From IMG/VR virus record IMGVR_UViG_2615840715_000006: a stretch of 64,000 nucleotides of DNA. One strand, 5' to 3'. The position numbers and the translations under genes were made by a program. How positions within the stretch are numbered: the stretch's first letter is position 1; each line of letters begins with the position of its first letter. The DNA comes from an uncultured virus (IMG/VR IMGVR_UViG_2615840715_000006). Its lineage: Duplodnaviria; Heunggongvirae; Uroviricota; Caudoviricetes. The notes under the pieces are model-generated. The model made no database searches. It was given only the letters and a program-made list of their open reading frames with translations, and had not been told where the DNA came from. Below, piece by piece: positions 26,731 to 33,945 of this stretch.

Positions 26731-27215
26731 GGAAGTCATAAGACAAGCCCATGCCGACCAGTCCTGCGGCGACTTCGGGGAAGCCGAGGCGGAGATGATG
26801 GGCGACATTCTCGAGGAAGACGAAGGGCGGTTCGACCTCGCCGATGATGCGGGCGACATGCGGCCAGAGGTGGCGCGGGTCGTCGGCGCCCCGGCGTTTG
26901 CCCGCGACGGAGAACGGCTGGCACGGATAGCCCGCAGTGACGATGTCCACCGCGCCGCGCCACGGGCGGCCGTCGAAAGTTGCAACATCGTCCCAGACAA
27001 CAGCCTGATCCAGGGACGCGTCTTCCATCCGCGCCACGAGAGTGGCTGCGGCGAAGGTTTCCCGTTCGACATGGCCCACAGCACGATATCCGGGGATGGC
27101 GATGGTGAGCCCGAGGTCGATACCGCCCGCGCCGGAGCAGAGGGAGAGGCCGAACAGACATGCGTCTCCGGCTCCGGAAGCGTCTCCGGAGGAAGGTAGA
27201 GCCAGGTCATGCATG

Positions 27216-28580
27216 TCACGCGGCGGTCTGGCGCTTTCGCGCGGGTTCGGGTTCGGCGTCCGTGTCCGGCGTATCGGTGACGTCGCCCAGCCGCTCCGCC
27301 TTCACCTGCGCGAAGGTCCGGCCGTCGCCGTCGAGGATCGCGTCCTTGTCGGTTTCGGCCTGCCAACGCTCCACGGCGACATCGACATACGCCGCGCTGA
27401 TCTCCATTGCGAAGACGCGGCGGCCATTGGCCTCGCCCGCCATGATCTGCGACCCGGAGCCGGAGAACGGCTCATAGCAGAGGCCGCCCCGCGCCACATG
27501 CTGGCGCATCGGGATCCCGAAGGCGTCGAGCGGCTTCGGCGTCGGATGGTCAGGCCGGTCATCCTTGGCGAAGCTGGGAAGCGCCCATGTCGATGGCAGC
27601 GTTTCCTCGGCCACCTTCGGCGGGCGGTTCGGGCGACGCCAGCCCATGAAACAGGGCTCGTGCTTCCAGAGGTAATGCGACCGGGTCAGGACGCCCCGGT
27701 CTTTCACCCAGATGATTTGCTGATGCACAAAGGCGCCTGCCTTCTCCCAGCAGGCTTCCAGCATCGCCTGGCGGCGCGAGGCGTGCCAGCAGTACCAGGC
27801 AGCATCCTCGGCGATGGCTTCCGCCACGGCTGCAGCGATGAACCCGTCATAGAGTTCCGCGCCCTGCGAACTGTCGTCCCAAGTCGTGCCGTAGGACGCC
27901 GACCAGTCCTTGTTGCGGGTCGGATGGTTCGAGCCGTCGTAGTCGACGAGATACGGTGGATCGGTCGCGAAAAGGATCGCGCGCTCACCGTTCATCAGGC
28001 GGCGCACATCGGCCGCGCTGGTGCTGTCGCCGCAGAGCAGCCGGTGATCGCCGAGGATCCAGAGATCGCCCGTCCGCGACGCCGGATTGCGTGGGGGTTC
28101 GGGGATGGTCACCGGCGGCACGGAGCCCCCGGCGCCCTCTTCCTCGCCGCCACCGTCGAGATCGAAGGCCAGCAGCTTGTCGAGTTCGCCATCGGAAAAC
28201 CCGACCAGCGACAGGTCGAAGTCTTCGGCCAGCAGGTCGTTCAGTTCCGCCGACAGCAGCGCCTCGTCCCAGGTGCCGAGTTCCGTCAGCTTGTTGTCCG
28301 CAATCCGGTACGCCCGGCGCTGCGCTTCGGTCAGGTGCCCGAGCACGATCACCGGCGCCTCGGTCAGCCCGAGCTGCGTCGCGGCCAGCACGCGCCCGTG
28401 GCCTGCTATCAGTTCGCCGTCCTCGCCGACGAGGCAGGGCACGGTCCAGCCGAACTCGGCCATGCTGGCGGCGATCTTCGCGACCTGATCCGCGCCATGC
28501 GCCTTCGCGTTCTTCGCGTAGGGCTGGAGGCGCGACAGCGGCCACGTCTCGATCGCGTCCGGGGCGAAGCTCAACGTCAT
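27216..28580 (-). CDS. ParB-like N-domain + N4/N6 DNA methyltransferase (beta class)
   Basis: IAGHGR, IADNK, HRLLCGDS, DPPY, HPTPKP, EPFSGSGS. Confidence 0.9.
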   Translation of the reverse strand: MTLSFAPDAIETWPLSRLQPYAKNAKAHGADQVAKIAASMAEFGWTVPCLVGEDGELIAGHGRVLAATQLGLTEAPVIVLGHLTEAQRRAYRIADNKLTELGTWDEALLSAELNDLLAEDFDLSLVGFSDGELDKLLAFDLDGGGEEEGAGGSVPPVTIPEPPRNPASRTGDLWILGDHRLLCGDSTSAADVRRLMNGERAILFATDPPYLVDYDGSNHPTRNKDWSASYGTTWDDSSQGAELYDGFIAAAVAEAIAEDAAWYCWHASRRQAMLEACWEKAGAFVHQQIIWVKDRGVLTRSHYLWKHEPCFMGWRRPNRPPKVAEETLPSTWALPSFAKDDRPDHPTPKPLDAFGIPMRQHVARGGLCYEPFSGSGSQIMAGEANGRRVFAMEISAAYVDVAVERWQAETDKDAILDGDGRTFAQVKAERLGDVTDTPDTDAEPEPARKRQTAA

Positions 28581-28737
28581 GATGGGCACGGTTCCTCGGT
28601 CGGGTGGATGCCGGTGGCTTCCGGACTCCGGATGCCGGGCCGGACTCCACACGGGGTCCAGCGGCCACCAGCGGTGTCCGGTCGGAAGGCCAGCGTTCAT
28701 TGGTGTTTGCGCGGGGCGCGCGTGGCTCCGGCTTCCG

Positions 28738-28821
28738 GGTGGCTTCCCAAAAATCCGGCCCTGTCGCTGGCGATGTTCCGCGCTTCGCCCGCCAGCATAC
28801 GAATATCGCCAGGAAGGAACC
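28738..28821 (-). other. Putative cos (packaging) site
   Basis: GGTTCCT..GCTGGCGGGCGAAGCGCG resembles lambda cosQ-cosN layout; conserved at 55531..55613. Confidence 0.55.
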
Positions 28822-28996
28822 GGAAACTGCCGTGGGCTGGACTCCGGCCGGACCCTCGCTGGATACCGGGGTCCAGAAGGCTCCCGTCAACGCAAAGGGG
28901 AGAGCGAGCTTTCCAGCGCACCCTCCCCATCTTGCCTTCGGAATAGCATGGATCTGTTGCAGATGTCGAAGGGAAAAGTGTTGCAACACATTGGAG

Positions 28997-29377
28997 TCAC
29001 TGCGCATTCAGGCGCGCAGCGATCTTGGTCAGCGCCAGCTGCCAGCGACGCCACGCGGTGGTGCGGTCGCAACCGAGTTCGCCGCTGATCTGCTTCCACG
29101 GCACCCGAGCCGCGCGCGACCAGACCAGCTTGCGCTCCGCCTCCTCGATCCAGAGCACCCAGTCGAAGGTCTGCTCGAGCCGGGTGATCGCGGCGGCCGA
29201 GGGCCAGACCCGCATCGGCTGCGGCTCCATCGCCGCGATCTCGCGGCTGGTCCGCACGATGTCGGGCCAGGTGTTAAAGTAGCCCTGCGCCTTGACGGGC
29301 GGCAGCTTGCGGAGGGTGCGGAACGCTTCCTCGAAATGATCGGCGACGCAGTCGGCGGTCCATTCGCGATCAGCCAT
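28997..29377 (-). CDS. DUF6362-like HTH protein (candidate late-gene activator)
   Basis: C-terminal WKQISGELGCDRTTAWRRW HTH; last gene before late region; paralog 55821..56249. Confidence 0.7.
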   Translation of the reverse strand: MADREWTADCVADHFEEAFRTLRKLPPVKAQGYFNTWPDIVRTSREIAAMEPQPMRVWPSAAAITRLEQTFDWVLWIEEAERKLVWSRAARVPWKQISGELGCDRTTAWRRWQLALTKIAARLNAQ

Positions 29378-29570
29378 GGCGCGCCTCCCTGTCGGACGGA
29401 CGCGGGCCGTAGAGCTTCTCACCCAGCTGGCGGACCAGTTCACGCTCGGGCCAGGTGAGGCGGTCGTCATCGGCGGAGACCGCGAGGACGCCCTGTTCCT
29501 GCCAGCCCTCGCGCTTGACCTGCTCGGGATCCCGGCGTTGGCCGCCGTAGCCATGGGGGTGCCATCTCAT
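29370..29570 (-). CDS. Hypothetical 66-aa protein
   Basis: Coupled to neighbours; paralog 56246..56443. Confidence 0.7.
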   Translation of the reverse strand: MRWHPHGYGGQRRDPEQVKREGWQEQGVLAVSADDDRLTWPERELVRQLGEKLYGPRPSDREARHG

Positions 29571-30106
29571 GCGACACCTCCCTTCGTCTCGATCGCCCAG
29601 AGCAGGATGGCGATGGCGTCGGCCTCGTTGTCGTCAGCGGGGCTAAAGCCGCGAGCGCGGACGGCGGCGACCATGGCGGCCTTGTCGGCGTTGCCCTTGC
29701 CCGAGGCGTGACGCTTGATCGTGCCGACCGGAACGCCCTCGTAGGGCACGCCGCGCAGTTCCGCCCATGCGGTCAGCGTAGCCATGAGCCCGCCGTAGAT
29801 GTGGCTCGCGTCGGTGCCCGCGTGGCGGCGGACTTCCTCGAACCAGATGGCGGCGACGGGCCCGGACAGCCGGTCGATCTCGGTCAGCCAGTTGGTGAAG
29901 CGCAGGTAGCGCATGCCGCCGCCGTCGAAGCGGCCTGGGCGCAGCGAGACGGTGCCGCTGGTGATCAGACCGTCATGGCCGCGGATCGCCCAGCCGGTCG
30001 AGGTGCCGAGGTCGAGCGCGAGGGTGCAGCGGTTGCGGGGCGTGTCGTGCGGCAGCGATTCAAACCTTGCGCCGTCGCAAGTCGGGATCAGAGTCGGCTG
30101 AGCCAT
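29567..30106 (-). CDS. RuvC-like Holliday junction resolvase
   Basis: LALDLG, FEEV, GKGNADK, DDNEADA. Confidence 0.85.
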   Translation of the reverse strand: MAQPTLIPTCDGARFESLPHDTPRNRCTLALDLGTSTGWAIRGHDGLITSGTVSLRPGRFDGGGMRYLRFTNWLTEIDRLSGPVAAIWFEEVRRHAGTDASHIYGGLMATLTAWAELRGVPYEGVPVGTIKRHASGKGNADKAAMVAAVRARGFSPADDNEADAIAILLWAIETKGGVA

Positions 30107-30143
30107 GATGGGTCTCCTTTGCCGGGGGCCTGTGGTGGTGGAA

Positions 30144-30187
30144 GACGACGGCGGTCTGGTGCTTGGCGGTACGGGGCCGCCGTCGTC
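30144..30187 (-). promoter_or_regulatory. Conserved hairpin in leader of resolvase gene
   Basis: 11-bp perfect stem GACGACGGCGG/CCGCCGTCGTC; near-identical copy at 57014..57057. Confidence 0.55.
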
Positions 30188-30289
30188 GGATCGGGAAGCA
30201 CAAGGGAGCGTCACGGCGGCGCGCGCGGCTGGCCCGGACGTATGGGAGGAGTGGCCAACCCTGTGGGGTGGCCCTCCCATACGTAGTAT

Positions 30290-30471
30290 GGGGGTTTGAC
30301 ACCTAACTGTTCCGAGGCGTTCAAGTGGCTGAAATCATTGCGGAATAAGACTTCATGAAGTCTTCGGGCATGAGTTAGGGACCTAACTCTTATTTCCCCG
30401 TAACCCGTTGATTTCGTTGAGTGCACAGTTGGCGCTGTCATATGAGTCAGGCCTCACTCATATGAGTGAGG
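30290..30471. other. Putative replication origin of element 1
   Basis: AT-richer; palindromes at 30347-30364 and 30452-30471, IR at 30372-30389; IHF-consensus match at 30401-30413; just downstream of primase-helicase. Confidence 0.5.
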
Positions 30472-32768
30472 TCGTCCTCCAGCCCCTCCGGGTAGACCCA
30501 GACAGCGGGGTTTTCGACCTGCAGGCAGAGCCCGGATTGCGGGCATTTGAAGTGGCTCGGCAGGACCTGGCGGACCTCCGTGGTGACCTCGCCGGTGGCC
30601 GGATCGACCTCCTCGGCGGGTGCGCCGAACTGCATGCCCTCGACGCAGAGATAGCCGAACCGCGACCGGGTGACGGGGAAGCCGAACCCCGAGGGGTCGC
30701 GCAGGAACTTCACGAAGCCCTTGGTCGCCAGCACGCTGAGGCGCTCGCGGATCGTGTGCTTGCTGCCCAGACCGCCCCGGTTCTCGAAGGTCTCGGCGAA
30801 CTGCATGGCGGTGTAGAGGCGCTCGCTCGCCGCCTCATCCAGCAGCATGCCGAGGATGACATCGTGCTTGCGCAGCCGCTCGGCGTCGAGCTTGGCGCCG
30901 ACCTCCTTGCGCACCAAGCGCTCGTTCATCGGGTTCAGTTCGACCCACTCGCCCTTCACCTTGTCGATCAGCTTGCCGGGCAGCGCGGGACCGTTCCGCA
31001 GTTCGATCTCCAGTTTGCGAACGCTGCTGTCCTCGTCGGGCCGGTGCATGAGCAGCCCGGAGGTGTAGAAGCCGCGCAGCGCGCTTGCGCCGGAGAGGGC
31101 GAGGAAGGGATCGTCCTTGACCTGGTGCTTGGTGACCTTGCGGGTGTGGTGGGCGAGGAGGACGCCCGCGTCCGGATTGACCGCCTCGCGCAAGAGCTCC
31201 ACCCGGTCCTTCAGGAAGAACATCATGGCGGTGTTGTCGTTCTCGCCGCCCCCCTCGGGTCCGCCGTCGAAGAGGTTGCGGATCGGGTCGATGACGATGA
31301 TGTCGGGCGGCGCGTCGGCGAATGCGGCCCGGATCGCCTCCGCCACGCAAGCGACGCCCTCGGCATCGAGCAGCAGCTTCAGCTTCGGCGTGGCAATGAA
31401 GGTGTCGCGCGCGGCGGCAATGACGGCGGTGGGCAGCGCGATCTGCTGCATGCGCTCGCGCAGGTAGTGATACTGGATCTCGGCCTGCAGATAGAACACG
31501 CGCAGCGGCCGGGGCGGCGTGAAGCCGAGGAACGGCACGCCCGCCGCCATGTGCACGAGCCAGGAGATCAGGAAGTCGCTCTTTCCGACCTTCGGCGCGC
31601 CGCCCAGAACCAGGAGCCCGCCAGGCGTCAGCACGCGGGGGCCGATGATGTCCTCCGGCATCGGACTGGTGTCGTCGAGCAGCGCGCCGAGGGTGAAGGT
31701 CGGCAGCGGGGTTGTCGGGACATCAGCTTGGGCTGCGCGAAGGAGCGGCGGGCCGTTGCGCTTCACATGCAGTTCCCAGAGCCGTTCGGACTCGACCATC
31801 AGCCGATCGAGCGGCCAGGACGGCCGCAGCATGGCGGCGTTGTAGCCGCAGATCGCCTCCCAGCCCGCGAAGGGATCGAGGCGGCCCTCGTGGACGAGGC
31901 GCACGTAATGGCCGATGGCGGCGCTGGCCCCCTGGAAGCGGGACCAGTCGTCCACCGCGCCTTCGCGCACCGGCGTGGTGAGCACGGCGTCGATTCCGGG
32001 CTTGATCGGCGGGGCGGAGAGGTCGCTGGCGAAACCCACGCCCGGCAGCGGCGGCATCTCGGCGACCCGTTCGGCGAAATCCACAAGGTCCACCTCGACG
32101 TCGCGCTGTTCGCGGATCTGCACGAGGCGTTGATGGCCATGCTTGTGATAGACGGTGCCAGGCACCCGGATCGGCTGGTGTGCCGATCGGAAATGCGTGT
32201 CGCCGCCGACCTTCACGGCGATCTCGCCGCGCAGGCGGCAGAGGGTGGCCAGTTCGTCGCCCTCGGCCGGTTCGGTCAGTTTCCACCAGACATGGAGCTT
32301 CGCCGCACCCTCGGGCGTGCGCCCGCCGCTTTCGATGATGAGCGTGGGCGCGCCGAGGTGGCGGGTGACATGGTCGAGCTTGGCCGGGATATCGCCTGCG
32401 TCGAGATCGACCACGATGGCCTGCATCTGCAGCACATCGGCGGCGCGGGCCTGACCCTGCTCCTCGACCGTGCCGGGGATGACATAGACGGCGGCGCCCT
32501 CACGGTTCGCCCACGCGGCGAAGGTCGCGAGCTTCTCGGTTGCGGTGTCGTCGGCCGGGATCCAGATGTTGTGCGGCTTGCCATCCCGGCCCTGACCCTT
32601 GTCGACGAAGCCGCGCAGCGGGATCAGCCCCTCGCACCAGCTGAACACGGTGTCGAGGAACACGGCGATCTGCTCGGGGTCGGGGTCGCACCCGAAGGGG
32701 TTCTCGGACGGTGGCCCGTCGTTGAAGTCCATCCACGGGTTGAAGTGCAGGACGCCGTCGTCGCTCAT
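30447..32768 (-). CDS. Primase (RepB-like) fused to AAA_25 helicase
   Basis: VVDLD, LHVWW; Walker A GAPKVGKS, Walker B IIVIDP. Confidence 0.85.
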   Translation of the reverse strand: MSDDGVLHFNPWMDFNDGPPSENPFGCDPDPEQIAVFLDTVFSWCEGLIPLRGFVDKGQGRDGKPHNIWIPADDTATEKLATFAAWANREGAAVYVIPGTVEEQGQARAADVLQMQAIVVDLDAGDIPAKLDHVTRHLGAPTLIIESGGRTPEGAAKLHVWWKLTEPAEGDELATLCRLRGEIAVKVGGDTHFRSAHQPIRVPGTVYHKHGHQRLVQIREQRDVEVDLVDFAERVAEMPPLPGVGFASDLSAPPIKPGIDAVLTTPVREGAVDDWSRFQGASAAIGHYVRLVHEGRLDPFAGWEAICGYNAAMLRPSWPLDRLMVESERLWELHVKRNGPPLLRAAQADVPTTPLPTFTLGALLDDTSPMPEDIIGPRVLTPGGLLVLGGAPKVGKSDFLISWLVHMAAGVPFLGFTPPRPLRVFYLQAEIQYHYLRERMQQIALPTAVIAAARDTFIATPKLKLLLDAEGVACVAEAIRAAFADAPPDIIVIDPIRNLFDGGPEGGGENDNTAMMFFLKDRVELLREAVNPDAGVLLAHHTRKVTKHQVKDDPFLALSGASALRGFYTSGLLMHRPDEDSSVRKLEIELRNGPALPGKLIDKVKGEWVELNPMNERLVRKEVGAKLDAERLRKHDVILGMLLDEAASERLYTAMQFAETFENRGGLGSKHTIRERLSVLATKGFVKFLRDPSGFGFPVTRSRFGYLCVEGMQFGAPAEEVDPATGEVTTEVRQVLPSHFKCPQSGLCLQVENPAVWVYPEGLEDDLTHMSEA

Positions 32769-33532
32769 GCGGGAAGCCTCCAGCAGCGCTCGGACCAGGG
32801 GCAGAAGCGGCATTCGAAGAAGTCTGGCGTGGTGGCGACGCGCGGCAGAAGCTCGCCCGCATCGGTCGCCTGCAGGATCCGCACGCCCCGGTCGGACATG
32901 CGCTGCGCGAGGTCGGCGTCGAAGGGCACCAGCTCATGGTGAAGCTCCGCCGTGTCCTTGTTGATCGCGGTGAAGAGCGCGGGCGCGGACGAGATGCCGG
33001 GGACCGTCGCTTCCATGTAGGCCTGGTAGAGCGCGATCTGGGCGGCGTAGACCGGCTTCGACTTGGTCACGCCGTCCTTGACGCAGGCGCGCCAGTTCTT
33101 CGCGTTCATCGTCTTGCATTCCCAGAGCGCGGGAACGGCCAGACCGAAGCCTTCGGGCCTGGCCGCGACGATGCCGTCGACATGACCGCGGATGCGCCCG
33201 CCCGCGACCGAGAAGCCGAACTGGCCGCCGTCGGGCCGGTTGCCCTTCCGGGTGTAGAGATCGAACCCCGCGCCGCGCAGCCAGGCGACCGCCAGATCCT
33301 CGAGCGCGTGGCCAATGGCGAAGATGCGCAGGGACTGGCCGCTGAAGTCCTGGCCCTCGTCCTTCGGCGTCGCCGTAAACTCGAACTGCAGGGCGCGCTC
33401 GCAGGCATGGCCGAGGCGCGAGCCGCCGAGATAGTCGCGGGGCGGCCGCGTGGCCTGATCGGCGATGAGCGCCCGATCGACGGCGGCGTTGACATGCTCC
33501 GCGAAACTGGGGCGGTGATTGTAGTCCAGCAT
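32765..33532 (-). CDS. Cas4-like PD-(D/E)XK exonuclease
   Basis: HACER, GHVDG, WECKT, QIALYQ, CRFCPWSERC. Confidence 0.8.
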   Translation of the reverse strand: MLDYNHRPSFAEHVNAAVDRALIADQATRPPRDYLGGSRLGHACERALQFEFTATPKDEGQDFSGQSLRIFAIGHALEDLAVAWLRGAGFDLYTRKGNRPDGGQFGFSVAGGRIRGHVDGIVAARPEGFGLAVPALWECKTMNAKNWRACVKDGVTKSKPVYAAQIALYQAYMEATVPGISSAPALFTAINKDTAELHHELVPFDADLAQRMSDRGVRILQATDAGELLPRVATTPDFFECRFCPWSERCWRLPA

Positions 33533-33942
33533 CAGAACGGCACCTCCGGCGTCTGCGCCCGGGCGATGTCGGACATGGCCTCGCGGAAGCCCTCGACGGC
33601 TTCCTCGATCAGCGCGCGCACCTGCGCCTCGGTCAGGTCGGCAAGCGGTGTGGCCCAGCCAATCTCGTCCATCAGCAGCGCCACGCGCTTCATGGTGGCG
33701 GTGATCGCGGCGCGCTCTTCCTCGGTCAGGTCAACCATGGCGAAACGCTCCCGCGCCAAGCGCGTCCAGAAGTACTGGCAGGGCATCGAGCAGAACCAGA
33801 CCGAGGGCCGGGGCCGCTTCGACCGGTGCGGATCGAACCAGCCAAAACCACGGGTGGGTTGCCGGCAGACAGCACAGAGCGTTCCACGCGGATGCCAGAG
33901 CCGCTGCCGGTCCTCGGCCGTGATGGGGGTGGATGTGGACAT
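33532..33942 (-). CDS. DUF6511-like protein with N-terminal Zn finger
   Basis: CAVC..FCSMPC; C-terminal EVPF. Confidence 0.7.
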   Translation of the reverse strand: MSTSTPITAEDRQRLWHPRGTLCAVCRQPTRGFGWFDPHRSKRPRPSVWFCSMPCQYFWTRLARERFAMVDLTEEERAAITATMKRVALLMDEIGWATPLADLTEAQVRALIEEAVEGFREAMSDIARAQTPEVPF

Positions 33943-33945
33943 GGG

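Larger units (their letters stand above)
25591..26747 (-). mobile_element. IS110-family insertion sequence with CT core at both junctions
   Basis: Minus junctions ATGGG-CT-TGTCTTATG and AAGACGGATA-CT-ACCGCC; no long terminal IRs. Confidence 0.92.
24865..27210 (-). pseudogene. Overlapping beta-frame ORF of C5 MTase locus (WPTP repeats + motif IX-like), interrupted by IS110
   Basis: Open from ATG 27210 to TGA 24865 once the 1155-bp IS is removed; LNPLFVEALMGWPTGWT; stop overlaps next gene's ATG. Confidence 0.7.
24878..27214 (-). pseudogene. C5 cytosine DNA methyltransferase (alpha frame) interrupted by IS110
   Basis: LCSGAGG (I), GYPCQPFS (IV), LENV (VI), PHKRERLF (VIII), GNGVV (X); rejoins as ..GMG|YRLAAG. 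Confidence 0.9.

Noticed and set aside
32765..33532. CRISPR-Cas system suggested by Cas4-like gene
   Set aside because: No array or other cas genes; typical phage recombination nuclease beside Sak4/SSB
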